Source of the DNA: an uncultured Oscillospiraceae bacterium
GTDB lineage: Bacteria; Bacillota; Clostridia; Oscillospirales; Oscillospiraceae
Direction of reading: 5' to 3'
DNA length: 63,270 bases
Assembly (NCBI GenBank): GCA_964371875.1
Contig: CAYJOS010000001.1
Coordinates: 1-63,270, forward strand
Notes under the pieces: model-generated
Told to the model about the DNA's origin: nothing
Database searches by the model: none
Seen by the model: the letters and a program-made list of their open reading frames with translations, nothing else
Translations under genes and position numbers: made by a program
In this document: positions 28,747-38,801 of the stretch, piece by piece
Position numbering within the stretch: position 1 is the first letter of the stretch
Layout: each line of letters opens with the position of its first letter

Positions 28747-29502
28747 CTATTTTGGTCCGAGGTTATTAACAATTTTTCCCATTAATTCATAATACATTGT
28801 AAATATTTGCGCTCCACTTTGAAGTGCTCTTTGGCTTGCCATCATTTCTGTCATTTCAGAAACAGTGTCAACATTTGAAGTTTCAAGCATCTTTTGGTAC
28901 ATTCTTGCGTCAACATCAGTAGGCTCGCCAGTTGAAACAAAAACTCCGCCAGTTGCCTTAGTCAGTTCGTTGTCATAGTCGGCAAAATCGACAACTCTTA
29001 TTTGTCCCAAAATTTCATTGGTTTCGACGTTCATAATATTTCCCATGGGGTCAATTCCAACATTGTCGGTTTCGAGTAGCAATTCGCCGTCAACACCCAT
29101 AACCCGACCAACGCCTTGCATCCATAAATATCCTTCAGCGTCGAGGGAAAATGAACCATTTCTGGAGTAAAACTGCTCTCCTGCTTCGTTTTGAAGAACA
29201 AAAAATCCTTCAGAAGCAAGCGCAACATCAAGCGGATGTGTGGTTGGGGTAAAACCGCTTTGAGCAAAGTCGATATAGTTTCTGTCTGCAACGACAGCAG
29301 TTCCGACTTCGCCGACAGGAACTGAGCCCACCATTGGTTTGTTATTTGACCTATAAGCCATGTGTTCTTCAAAACTTATAGCAGTGAAAGTATCACTTTT
29401 ATATCCCGGAGTTGAAACATTTGACATATTATTACTTGTGACATTTAGGTTTCTTGTTTGAGTTAACATGCCAGATGTTAAATTATAATAACCTTGAAAC
29501 AT
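28747..29502 (-). CDS. Flagellar basal-body rod protein (FlgF/FlgG family)
   Basis: The N-terminal motif is SNNMSNVSTPGYK and the C-terminal motif is MMASQRALQSGAQ. Confidence 0.8.
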   Translation of the reverse strand: MFQGYYNLTSGMLTQTRNLNVTSNNMSNVSTPGYKSDTFTAISFEEHMAYRSNNKPMVGSVPVGEVGTAVVADRNYIDFAQSGFTPTTHPLDVALASEGFFVLQNEAGEQFYSRNGSFSLDAEGYLWMQGVGRVMGVDGELLLETDNVGIDPMGNIMNVETNEILGQIRVVDFADYDNELTKATGGVFVSTGEPTDVDARMYQKMLETSNVDTVSEMTEMMASQRALQSGAQIFTMYYELMGKIVNNLGPK

Positions 29503-29521
29503 GGTCTGCCTCCTTTGGAAC

Positions 29522-30310
29522 TTACGAATTTTCTGTTATATAAACTTTTAGTTTTTTAATTGCAGAAGTGTGGATTTGTGAAACTCGTGGTTCACTTATA
29601 TTGAGAATATTTGCAATGTCTTTCATATTAAGTTGTTCAACATAATAAAGTGACACAACAAGCTGTTCTTTTTCTTTGAGGGTTTCCACTCCATTTGCAA
29701 GAATTTTATGGAGTGCCTTTTCCATTACCCTCTCTTCGGGTTGTTCATAGCTGTTTTCGGAAACAAGTTGGACAGTGCTTTTGTTGTCCTCAGAGTCGTC
29801 TGTAATCATGTCTAGCGATAGCACAGACATAAAACTGCTTTTTTCCATTATATCACAGCATTTGGCTTCGTCAATTCCTAATATTGCCGAAATTTCTTCA
29901 ACATTAGGTTCTCTTCCGTTTTCCATGTAAAAATTTGTAATTGTATCGTTGATATCCTTATAAATTCTACGCTGTTCTCTTGGGACTAGGTCTTTTTTTC
30001 TGGCAATATCCAAAATCATTCCACGTATGCGTTTTGAAATATAGGTTTCAAATTTTATGTTTCTCTCGTGTTCAAATCTGTCAATTGCGCCCATTAAAAC
30101 GATAACGCCTTCGTTTATAATATCGTCAACTTGCTCATAACTGTCAAAAACTTTTTTCATTCTAAGCGCAATACTTTTAACTACATACAAATATCTCATG
30201 GCGATTTCTTGCTTAATATCAAGCCTGCCTGTGCTTTTGTATAGAGAAAAAAGTTCGTCATTAGAATAATCTGTCAATTGCGTAATTGTATTCATATTAG
30301 CCATCGACAT
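29522..30310 (-). CDS. fliA: Flagellar sigma factor, sigma-28 (FliA/SigD)
   Basis: Sigma-70 regions 2, 3 and 4 are present (region 4 is MKDIANILNISEPRVSQIHTSAIKKL). It starts immediately after flhA. Confidence 0.9.
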   Translation of the reverse strand: MSMANMNTITQLTDYSNDELFSLYKSTGRLDIKQEIAMRYLYVVKSIALRMKKVFDSYEQVDDIINEGVIVLMGAIDRFEHERNIKFETYISKRIRGMILDIARKKDLVPREQRRIYKDINDTITNFYMENGREPNVEEISAILGIDEAKCCDIMEKSSFMSVLSLDMITDDSEDNKSTVQLVSENSYEQPEERVMEKALHKILANGVETLKEKEQLVVSLYYVEQLNMKDIANILNISEPRVSQIHTSAIKKLKVYITENS

Positions 30311-30315
30311 CGCTC

Positions 30316-32373
30316 TTAACCTCGCTTAATATTTCCGATTGCTTGAATTTGTACGTTATTTGCAATTTCGTTAAAGGCTAAAACGTAAATATTTGGATAA
30401 AATTGCTCAAGCAATCTGTATAAGTACGGACGTATTACTTGACTTGTAAGTATGATTGTTTCCTGTGAAAGCTCTTGGAATTTTTTCATATTTTCTGCAA
30501 TTTGTGCTAGCATGCTTTGCATAATTTCTGGGTTGATTGCAAGATAAACGCCTTGGTCACTTTTTGCTTTGCTGGTTACAAGCATTTTTTCAAGTTCGGC
30601 ATCAATTGTGATAACACGCATCTGCCCTGCTTCGCAAAATCTTCTGGTGATTGTGCGTTTGAGTGCGGCACGGATATTTTCAGTGACTGTTGTGATGTCA
30701 AAACCTGAACCTGCTGAGTCTGCGACAGTTTCTAAAATTGTGTCCATGTCTTTTATTGGAATACCCTCTTTTAAGAGGTTTACAAGAATTTTTTGCAAAT
30801 TACCAGCCGAAATTATAGCAGGAACAACTTCATTTACTAATTCTTCTGAAGTTTTCTTAGTGTTTTCAAGAAGTAATGCAACCTCTTGTCTGCTGAGAAG
30901 TTCGTGTGCATGGTGTTTTATTGTTTCGGACAAGTGAGTTAGCATAACCGAAAGTGGGTCGATAACGGTGTAACCATAGATTTCAGCCATGTCTTTGTTC
31001 TCGGGTAAAATCCATTTACTGGGAATACCATAGGCTGGCTCAACCGTATCAATACCGTCGATAGCACCAGCTGGGCTTGAAGGTTCAAGCGCAAGATAGT
31101 GGTCAACCAAAATTTCGCCACGGGCAACTTCTTCGCCTTTTACTTTAACTATGTACTGATTTGTGTTAAGGCTAGATTTGTCACGAAGTCTGACCGAGGG
31201 TATAACAAAACCCATGGTTTGAGCATATTGACGTCTGAAAATGACAATTCGGTTAATCATTTTACCGCCGCTACCCTCGTCAACCATGGGTATAAGGCTG
31301 TAACCAAATTCCATTTCTATCGGTTCAACACCGACAAGTGAGTAAACATTGTTGATATCTCTGTAGTAATCTTCCTCTGAAACAGGCGTTTCGTCGGGAA
31401 CTTCGATGGGAGCTTTTGCAGCTTCCTCTTTTTCGCGCATTTTGACGGAAATTCTGTAACCGCCATAAATAAATGCAGCTGCTGCTATAAGCAGTGGAAT
31501 TACAGGCATTCCTGGGACTAAAGCAAGGATAATCAGCACAGCACCAGTCATCATAATAGCACGGGGTTGAGCCAAAAATTGCTTTGAAACGTCCTCGTTC
31601 AAGCTTCCTTCCGATACGGCACGAGTTACTATCATACCTGTGGAAGTTGAAATTAAAAGTGCGGGAATTTGTGAAACCAAACCGTCACCGACGGTTGCGA
31701 TTGAATAAACCTGAACAACTTCGGCAAACTCCATGCCCTCGCTCAAAAGTCCGACACCCGAACCGCCGATAAGGTTTATTGCTGTGATGATTAGCGACAT
31801 GATGGCGTCGCCTTTAACGATTTTTGTAGCACCGTCCATGGCACCGTAAAAATCAGCTTCTCTTTGAATTTTGTTTCGTCTTGCTCTTGCGTCTGCTTCG
31901 TTTATAAGACCAGAACTTAGGTCAGCGTCAATCGCCATTTGCTTACCTGGCATAGCGTCAAGAGTAAATCTTGCTGCAACTTCTGCGACACGCTCTGCAC
32001 CTTTGGTGATAACGATAAACTGGACAAGTACTATAATTAGAAATATTACAAGTCCGACGAATACATTTCCTTGCAGAACGAAGTCACCAAAAGACTTGAT
32101 AACCTGACCTGCCTCACCTCTTAATGTAAGGATGTTTCTGGTTGATGAAACGTTAATTCCTAGGCGGAATAGGGTTGTGATTAAGAGCAAAGATGGAAAA
32201 ATTGAAAATTCCAAAGGCTCTTTGATATTCATGCTGACAAGCAGAATAATCATCGAAATTGCAATATTTATAATAATCATGACGTCCAACATAAATGGAC
32301 TCATGGGGATGATCAAAAGAAGTACGATACCAATTACAGCTATAGCAACTGTATTGTTTAATAATCGCTTCAT
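30316..32373 (-). CDS. flhA: Flagellar export gate protein FlhA
   Basis: At 685 aa it has an N-terminal TM domain with FPSLLL and GAERVAEVAARFTLDAMPGKQMAIDADL, plus a cytoplasmic C-terminal domain. Confidence 0.95.
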   Translation of the reverse strand: MKRLLNNTVAIAVIGIVLLLIIPMSPFMLDVMIIINIAISMIILLVSMNIKEPLEFSIFPSLLLITTLFRLGINVSSTRNILTLRGEAGQVIKSFGDFVLQGNVFVGLVIFLIIVLVQFIVITKGAERVAEVAARFTLDAMPGKQMAIDADLSSGLINEADARARRNKIQREADFYGAMDGATKIVKGDAIMSLIITAINLIGGSGVGLLSEGMEFAEVVQVYSIATVGDGLVSQIPALLISTSTGMIVTRAVSEGSLNEDVSKQFLAQPRAIMMTGAVLIILALVPGMPVIPLLIAAAAFIYGGYRISVKMREKEEAAKAPIEVPDETPVSEEDYYRDINNVYSLVGVEPIEMEFGYSLIPMVDEGSGGKMINRIVIFRRQYAQTMGFVIPSVRLRDKSSLNTNQYIVKVKGEEVARGEILVDHYLALEPSSPAGAIDGIDTVEPAYGIPSKWILPENKDMAEIYGYTVIDPLSVMLTHLSETIKHHAHELLSRQEVALLLENTKKTSEELVNEVVPAIISAGNLQKILVNLLKEGIPIKDMDTILETVADSAGSGFDITTVTENIRAALKRTITRRFCEAGQMRVITIDAELEKMLVTSKAKSDQGVYLAINPEIMQSMLAQIAENMKKFQELSQETIILTSQVIRPYLYRLLEQFYPNIYVLAFNEIANNVQIQAIGNIKRG

Positions 32374-32376
32374 GTT

Positions 32377-33438
32377 TTACCTCAAATTATTTTTTAATTT
32401 ATATACATATACAAGGATTTCAGCCACTGCACCATAGAGTTCCGTTGGAATTTCTTGGTTAATTTCAGTGCTTGCATGTATAGATCTCGCAAGTTCACGG
32501 TTTTCAATGACGACAACGTCATTTTCTTCACCGACCTTGATAATTCGAAGAGCTAGCTCTTCAACACCCTTGGCTATGACTACAGGAGCTGCATTTTTTT
32601 CAGGTTTATATGAAATTGCAACAGCGTAGTGCGTCGGGTTTTTTATGATAACATCGGCACTGGGCACGGCTTGCATCATACGACTGCGTGCTCTTTGCGT
32701 TTGCATCTGTTTGATTTTTCCCTTAATTTCGGGGTTACCTTCGGTGTTTTTATATTCCTCTTTTAATTCCTGCTTGGACATACGAATTTTTCGTTCATAT
32801 TCCCAGCGTTGGTATAAATAGTCGAAAAATGCGATAACTGCAAAAACACCTGTGACTGTGGTAATAATTGTCATCGCCATATCAAAAGTGAAACTGACAG
32901 CAGCGTGAGTGCTCATATTCGCAGTTCGCATGACTTGGCTGATATAATCACCCATTAGTGAGTAAACAATGACAATCAAAATTATAACTTTAAGTAAGTT
33001 TTTAATTAGTTCGACAAAGTTTCTGAGTGCAAAAAGTTTTTTAATTCCTTCGATTGGATTAATTCGGTTGAGTTTTGGCTGTAAACTTTTGGCACTAAAT
33101 AGAAATTTGGTTTGAATTCCGTGCATAATTATGGAAACTGCAACGCAAATCAAAGCGAGGGGCAAAACCGCCCAAGCAAAAGCAATTACAAATTCAAGAG
33201 AATAAATTTCTGCTAATCCATTATCTAAAGAAGCAGTTGTTCCAACAAATGTCAAAAACTCTTTGGTGAAATCAACTATGGTTTCGTACATAAAAGGAAA
33301 AAGTAATTGTATTGCGTAAAAAGACACAAATACAAAAGTGACGCTTACGACGTCCTTACTTTGAAATACATTACCTTCTTTTCTCTCGTCACGTCGCTTT
33401 TTCGGCGTGGCTTTTTCGGTTTTTGAATCTGCCGGCAA
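32377..33438 (-). CDS. flhB: Flagellar export switch protein FlhB
   Basis: It is 353 aa. The NPTH autocleavage site is seen as IIKNPTHYAVAISY. Confidence 0.95.
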   Translation of the reverse strand: MPADSKTEKATPKKRRDERKEGNVFQSKDVVSVTFVFVSFYAIQLLFPFMYETIVDFTKEFLTFVGTTASLDNGLAEIYSLEFVIAFAWAVLPLALICVAVSIIMHGIQTKFLFSAKSLQPKLNRINPIEGIKKLFALRNFVELIKNLLKVIILIVIVYSLMGDYISQVMRTANMSTHAAVSFTFDMAMTIITTVTGVFAVIAFFDYLYQRWEYERKIRMSKQELKEEYKNTEGNPEIKGKIKQMQTQRARSRMMQAVPSADVIIKNPTHYAVAISYKPEKNAAPVVIAKGVEELALRIIKVGEENDVVVIENRELARSIHASTEINQEIPTELYGAVAEILVYVYKLKNNLR

Positions 33439-33453
33439 GAGCGTCCACCACCT

Positions 33454-34227
33454 TTAAGCCGCACTAAGTGATAAAATTTCCCTAATACTGTCAATCATTT
33501 GGGTTATGACATCGTTTAAAAATGCACCGGCTGGTGTGATATAAAATGTCATAACTATAAGTCCAATAAGGACACGAAGCTGAATACTCATGACAAAAAG
33601 GTTGATTTGCGGAATGATTTTCATGAGTATACCGATTGAAACTTCCATCAAAAATTCAATAGCGATAAGCGGAAAGGCAAGTCTAACTGCAAGCCCTACC
33701 CCCTCAACAAACATTGAAACCACAGCGTTTGCAACATCTTGTCCGATGGAAACTTGAGCATATGGAACAGCGTGCTGAGAAAATGCCATGATTTGTATAA
33801 AGGCTAAATGTCCATCAACTGCAAAAAACAGTAGTAGGAACATTATTTGCAAAATATTACCTGATAGTGGCATTTGTATACCACTTTGGGCATCATAGAA
33901 ACTCGCCATAGACAAACCCATTTGAAAGTCGATTATAGCACCTGCATAAACAGGAATCATTTCGAAAATTTGAATGATGACACCAATGGTGAAACCGATT
34001 AAAAATTCTTTTAAGAGCAAAACTCCGAAAGCTAAAGAAGAAGTGACTTCAACAGCTTCAAAATCGACTGTTGGATAAACCAAAACGGTGAAAGCTAGGG
34101 CAAGACCGGCTTTGAAAAGTGCAGGGATAGTGTTTCTTCCAAAAATAGGATTTAGCAAAATTGCACCCGATATTCTCATCAAAACCAGACAAAAAAGTAA
34201 AAATTCAGGTGTTCCCGCAATCAGCAT
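33454..34227 (-). CDS. fliR: Flagellar export protein FliR
   Basis: It is a 257-aa polytopic membrane protein sitting between fliQ and flhB. Confidence 0.9.
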   Translation of the reverse strand: MLIAGTPEFLLFCLVLMRISGAILLNPIFGRNTIPALFKAGLALAFTVLVYPTVDFEAVEVTSSLAFGVLLLKEFLIGFTIGVIIQIFEMIPVYAGAIIDFQMGLSMASFYDAQSGIQMPLSGNILQIMFLLLFFAVDGHLAFIQIMAFSQHAVPYAQVSIGQDVANAVVSMFVEGVGLAVRLAFPLIAIEFLMEVSIGILMKIIPQINLFVMSIQLRVLIGLIVMTFYITPAGAFLNDVITQMIDSIREILSLSAA

Positions 34228-34255
34228 ATCTATCTCCTATATAAGTAAACTTAGG

Positions 34256-34525
34256 CTAACCAGTTGCAATTAAATTCATTATAAATCTGGCAAATTCTTG
34301 AAGAGAAGTAAGCATAGAACTGCCCATGGTTACAAGTAAAACTCCAATAATTACAAGTTTTGGAACAAATGTTAAGGTTTGCTCTTGAATTTGGGTTGCA
34401 GCTTGGAGAATTGAAATAATGATACCGATTACCATGGCGGCAAGCAAAATAGGGCCGCCAATTCGCATAGCGAGAACAAACATTTGGTAAAATACATCTA
34501 AAATTTCACCACCGGACATAGGCAA
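34256..34525 (-). CDS. fliQ: Flagellar export protein FliQ
   Basis: At 89 aa it has two TM helices and the typical QEQTLTFVPK motif. Confidence 0.9.
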   Translation of the reverse strand: MPMSGGEILDVFYQMFVLAMRIGGPILLAAMVIGIIISILQAATQIQEQTLTFVPKLVIIGVLLVTMGSSMLTSLQEFARFIMNLIATG

Positions 34526-34540
34526 ATCCTCCTTTTATCT

Positions 34541-35203
34541 TCATTGCAGAAAACTCTGCACAATAGAAGAAAATAGCAGTTCCCACCCATCTAAGCTTAC
34601 GAAAAGTAAGATTTTGAACGGAAGTGAGATTGTTGCCGGTGGTAGCATAATCATACCCATGGACATCAAGGTACTTGATACGATAATGTCGATTAATAAA
34701 AATGGTATGAATAGTAAAAGACCGGCGGTAAACCCTCGTTTTAGTTCTGAGGTCATAAATGCAGGAACGACAACCGTTAAAGGCAAGTCCTCCAGTGGCA
34801 TTTCTTCGGTTATATTTGCAAAGCCAATGAACATATTAATTGAGCTCATGTCAGACTGTCCAAGCATGAAGGTTTTCATGGGGACGATTGCACGTTCAAC
34901 AGCCTCAGTTTGGCTTATTTCATCGTTTATGTATGGTGTGTAAGCTTCGGTTTCGATTTCGGCTATTACAGGACTCATTATAAACAATGTCAAAAACAGA
35001 GCAATTCCGACAAGAACCATGTTTGGAGGCGTTTGCTGAGTGCCGAGTGCAGTTCTTGTAAATGATAAAATTATGATTATTCTGACAAAAGATGTCATCA
35101 TGACCACGATAGATGGCAAAAGCATCAAAATCGTGAGCATTGCCATAATTTCTAAAGTAGGAACTTGCTCGGCGTTTATATTTATAAGTGCATCAGTATT
35201 CAC
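34541..35203 (-). CDS. fliP: Flagellar export protein FliP
   Basis: The motifs RIIIILSFTRTALGTQQTPPN and AFMTSELKRGF are characteristic. Confidence 0.95.
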   Translation of the reverse strand: MNTDALININAEQVPTLEIMAMLTILMLLPSIVVMMTSFVRIIIILSFTRTALGTQQTPPNMVLVGIALFLTLFIMSPVIAEIETEAYTPYINDEISQTEAVERAIVPMKTFMLGQSDMSSINMFIGFANITEEMPLEDLPLTVVVPAFMTSELKRGFTAGLLLFIPFLLIDIIVSSTLMSMGMIMLPPATISLPFKILLFVSLDGWELLFSSIVQSFLQ

Positions 35204-35535
35204 TCGCCGTCCTTCTTCCTAATTTTATCAAATATAGATTTAAATTGAGGAGAATTTGTTTCGTTTAAATTTAAATCAAAATAATCTCCTAAATTTAGGC
35301 TGTCAAGCTCTTTAAGTAAGGTGATTTGAGTTGAACTTATGCCAACGAGTAGATAAGTTTCGTCGATTTTCACCACAGCAATTGCCTTATCTTGGCTGAC
35401 AGCAACTTGGTCAATGATTTTTATCAAACCACGAGAACCTTTAATTCTTCCCATTTTTCCAACATATTTCGACGCAATAAATGCAAAATAAAGGATTAAA
35501 ACGAGTATAAGCAAAACTTGCACTGCTTCAAGCAT
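35200..35535 (-). CDS. fliO: Flagellar biosynthesis protein FliO/FliZ
   Basis: It is 111 aa with a single N-terminal TM helix and lies immediately upstream of fliP. Confidence 0.75.
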   Translation of the reverse strand: MLEAVQVLLILVLILYFAFIASKYVGKMGRIKGSRGLIKIIDQVAVSQDKAIAVVKIDETYLLVGISSTQITLLKELDSLNLGDYFDLNLNETNSPQFKSIFDKIRKKDGE

Positions 35536-35547
35536 GGGTTTTCTCCT

Positions 35548-36771
35548 CTATTCCGTTAGGAAAATTTCGCTTGCTGTGATTTCTGTAATTCTTATGCCAA
35601 AGCTGTCGTCAACAACAACGACGTCACCTTGAGCTATGCATTGACCATTAACAAGTAGGTCAACTTGCTCGCCTGCCATTCTGTCTAAGACGACAAGTGA
35701 ACCTTTGTTTAGTTCCAAAACGTCTTTGACAAGCTTTTTTGTACGACCAATTTCAACAGAAACTTCAACAGGAACGCCCATAACAAGTTCAAGGTTTGAG
35801 TCGAAAGCGCCGCCAACTGAAAGGTTATTTAGGTTAGGTCTTACAGGTTGGTCAACCTTAATAGTTCTCGGTGAATTGTCAACCTGACGACTACCAGCAA
35901 GTTGCATTTGTGTTAGTTCCATTTGCTGACGCATAAGATCCATCATTTGTGCAATTGTGTCGTTTAGTTGTGGTGAAACTGGCGCAGCTTGCATTTGCGG
36001 AGCTTGTTCGTAGTAAACAGGAGCAGCTGCGGCAGGTGTTGGTGGTGCAACAGGGGCTACGGCAACAGCTGGCTCAGGCGCAATTGGTGCAGGAGCTGGT
36101 GGCGCAACAGGTGTTGGTGGTGGAGCGACAGGAGCTGGAGCTTCAGGCACAACAGGAATTGGGTCTGGTTCTGCCTCAATTTCACCCATAAATCCGCTGA
36201 CAATTTCTTTAGCTAAGTCGATAGGAATTAGATAAAGGAACTGACAGTCTATATTATCTCCAATTAGCAGTGAAAAGCTGATTTCAGCTAAAATCTCATC
36301 AGTTGAGAAATATTTCTCTTTGAACTTATCTTGGTCTGCGATTTCAAAAACAAAGGGGGTTGAAATATCAACAGTTCTTCCAAGCATATCAGACAAAGCG
36401 GTGGAGGATGCACCCATCATTTGGTTCATAACCTCACCGATTGCACTGGAAGCGATTTCGTCTAGCTCGAAAGTTTCATCGTCAAATTGCATTGACATGA
36501 GCATTTCAAGTATAGCCCTAACATCGCTACGCTTTAAAATCATGATATTGCTACCCGTTAGCCCTACGGTGTTTTCAATTTCAACACCGACAGCAGGATC
36601 CATATCTTCGAATTCAAATTCATTTCTGCGTCTAACTCTAACAACTGGTGTTGTGATGTCAACACGAGTGCTTAACATATTAGCAACAGAAGTTGAAGCA
36701 GAACCAAGACTTATGTTCATAACTTCGCCTATGGCGTCTATTTCCAAAGGCTTTAAAACATTATCTTCCAT
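35548..36771 (-). CDS. fliY: Flagellar switch protein FliY (CheC-like domains plus FliN C-terminus) with a Pro/Ala-rich linker
   Basis: The CheC-like motifs are IDAIGEVMNISLGSASTS and SSAIGEVMNQMMGASST. A PAPVAPP-type linker of about 70 aa follows. The FliN/SpoA domain is LVVLDRMAGEQVDLLVNGQCIAQGDVVVV. Confidence 0.9.
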   Translation of the reverse strand: MEDNVLKPLEIDAIGEVMNISLGSASTSVANMLSTRVDITTPVVRVRRRNEFEFEDMDPAVGVEIENTVGLTGSNIMILKRSDVRAILEMLMSMQFDDETFELDEIASSAIGEVMNQMMGASSTALSDMLGRTVDISTPFVFEIADQDKFKEKYFSTDEILAEISFSLLIGDNIDCQFLYLIPIDLAKEIVSGFMGEIEAEPDPIPVVPEAPAPVAPPPTPVAPPAPAPIAPEPAVAVAPVAPPTPAAAAPVYYEQAPQMQAAPVSPQLNDTIAQMMDLMRQQMELTQMQLAGSRQVDNSPRTIKVDQPVRPNLNNLSVGGAFDSNLELVMGVPVEVSVEIGRTKKLVKDVLELNKGSLVVLDRMAGEQVDLLVNGQCIAQGDVVVVDDSFGIRITEITASEIFLTE

Positions 36772-36805
36772 ACATCATTCTCTTTCCGGCAAACTAAAAG
36801 CCAAC

Positions 36806-37240
36806 TTATTTTCCAATCTCCAGTGCCTTTTCTATCATTTGTTTTAAGGCATTGTAAGCCGTGATATTAGCTTCGTAAGATCGGTTTGCTGCCATTGCAT
36901 CGGCTGTTTCTTTAACTAGGTCAATATTTGGCATATAAACATAGCCGTTTTCGTCGGCGTCGGGGTGTTCTGGGTCATAAATAGCAGGCAAATCTGTTTG
37001 ATCTTCAACAATCTCAGTGGCAATAACTCCCAAATTGCTTTGAGCTTGGTATTCCCTGTCCAAAATTGCCGCAAAATCAGTTCCAGCTGCTTCTAATACA
37101 ACCATTTTTCTTCTATAAGGTGTGCCATCTTCTGTTCTGGTTGTTTCGATATTACTAATGTTTTCGGAGGCTATATCAAGCCTTAATCTCTGTGCTGTCA
37201 TTCCTGAAGCACTGATATTCAGTGAATTTAAAAATGCCAT
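36806..37240 (-). CDS. flgC: Flagellar proximal rod protein FlgC
   Basis: The sequence NISASGMTAQRLRLDIASENISNIETTRT...YVYMPNIDLVKETADAMAANRSYEAN is typical FlgC. Its position between cheY and fliY is atypical. Confidence 0.9.
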   Translation of the reverse strand: MAFLNSLNISASGMTAQRLRLDIASENISNIETTRTEDGTPYRRKMVVLEAAGTDFAAILDREYQAQSNLGVIATEIVEDQTDLPAIYDPEHPDADENGYVYMPNIDLVKETADAMAANRSYEANITAYNALKQMIEKALEIGK

Positions 37241-37264
37241 GCTGTATACCCCTTTCGCTGTGTA

Positions 37265-37624
37265 TTAGCCGATTACTTTTGCAACAGCTTCTAAAATTCT
37301 GTTTGGCTTAAAGGGTTTAACAATAAAGTCTTTAGCGCCGGATTTGATAGCATCGATAACCATTGCCTCTTGTCCCATAGCAGAACACATAACAACAGTT
37401 GCATTTGCGTCATAAGCTTTAATTTCTTTAAGCGCATCAAGTCCGTTCATGTTTGGCATTGTGATGTCAAGAAGTACAAGTGCAGGAGATTCGGTTTTAT
37501 AAAGTTCAACCGCAATTGCTCCGTCAGCTGCTTCACAGATATCATCATATCCGCCTTTAACTAGTGTGTCCTTAATCATCATACGCATGAAAGCTGCGTC
37601 GTCTACAACCATAATCTTAGCCAT
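37265..37624 (-). CDS. cheY: Chemotaxis response regulator CheY
   Basis: It is a 119-aa receiver domain: MVVDDAAFMR, DITMPNMNG, and K in IVKPF. Confidence 0.95.
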   Translation of the reverse strand: MAKIMVVDDAAFMRMMIKDTLVKGGYDDICEAADGAIAVELYKTESPALVLLDITMPNMNGLDALKEIKAYDANATVVMCSAMGQEAMVIDAIKSGAKDFIVKPFKPNRILEAVAKVIG

Positions 37625-37676
37625 TTTTAAAAACCTCTTTCTTGAAATTATATTGCATCTAATTTTAATTTATTTT

Positions 37677-38774
37677 TTACTCTTCTAGAGTTTGGTCTAC
37701 ATCATTTGGGATTTCTTCAATGTCGTTATCGGATAAAGGCTCTCCGTTTTCGCCTAAACGACGACAGATTTGAATTGCTGTGTTTTTATTATAAGCACCC
37801 ATTTTTCCTTCAAACCAAGGCTGGCCTTCAACATAAACGGTTATTTCAGAATCTTTCGGTTTATTTAAGTCGATAACATCGCCGACTTTGAGTCTGTAAA
37901 TATCTTCTATATTAACAACGGCACCGCCGAGTTTTGCTCGGACGTCCAAAGTGCTTCGCTTAATGCTTGCAAGAATTCGCTCTCTTGCGCTGGATAATGC
38001 GTCACCATAAATACTTTCGGTGTAGCGCTTTTTGTCGACAACAGTGAAAATATCTGTGAGGAGTGAACCTGGAATACATATAGTATAAACTCCTTCGAGA
38101 TTGTTGATTTTAAGGTTAACAATAACGATTACAACAGGTTCATCAAGGCTTATTTCTTGGAAAAGTGCTGGGTTACTTTCGAGATATCTCTCACCCAATG
38201 CGATTTCTAAATAGTTACTCCAAGCGTTAGCCGTAGCATCAAGCATAGAGCCCATCGCCTTTTCGTATAAAACCAGTTCAATATCAGTATATTCATATTG
38301 TGGGTCGATATCCAAATCATCTTCGTCGCCCGTGCCACCCATCATTCTGTCAATCATATTGAGCATCAGCGCAGGATTTATATGGAAGAGAATTGGAAAT
38401 TCCATATTGTCACCTGGGGCTTTTGTGTTCATAATCATAATTACGTCAGTGTCGGTCAGCATGTTACTAAACTCGAAATATCGCTGTTCTTCGACTGAAA
38501 TAATCTCAACTTCACATACGGTTCTAAGCAAACCGTTTAGCCTTAATGTCAGTAGCCTTGCATAGTTGTCATAAACACTTTTTAAATGTTTTAGTCTGTC
38601 TTTATTAAATTTTTTAGGACTGCTAAAGTCATATTTTTTCCAAGCTTTGCCCTCTTCGTCCTCGCCTTTATTGGGAGAGCTGTTTCCGTTGCTTGCAGGG
38701 GCACTTGGAGCTGGGTCTGAAGCTATTGACTTTAAAAGTTCGTCTATTTCATTTTGGGATAATACTTCCGCCAT
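37677..38774 (-). CDS. fliM: Flagellar switch protein FliM
   Basis: The N-terminal CheY-P-binding peptide is LSQNEIDELL. A middle domain and a C-terminal SpoA domain are present. Confidence 0.95.
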   Translation of the reverse strand: MAEVLSQNEIDELLKSIASDPAPSAPASNGNSSPNKGEDEEGKAWKKYDFSSPKKFNKDRLKHLKSVYDNYARLLTLRLNGLLRTVCEVEIISVEEQRYFEFSNMLTDTDVIMIMNTKAPGDNMEFPILFHINPALMLNMIDRMMGGTGDEDDLDIDPQYEYTDIELVLYEKAMGSMLDATANAWSNYLEIALGERYLESNPALFQEISLDEPVVIVIVNLKINNLEGVYTICIPGSLLTDIFTVVDKKRYTESIYGDALSSARERILASIKRSTLDVRAKLGGAVVNIEDIYRLKVGDVIDLNKPKDSEITVYVEGQPWFEGKMGAYNKNTAIQICRRLGENGEPLSDNDIEEIPNDVDQTLEE

Positions 38775-38801
38775 ATAGTCACCTCGTTTACATTACTGAA
38801 A

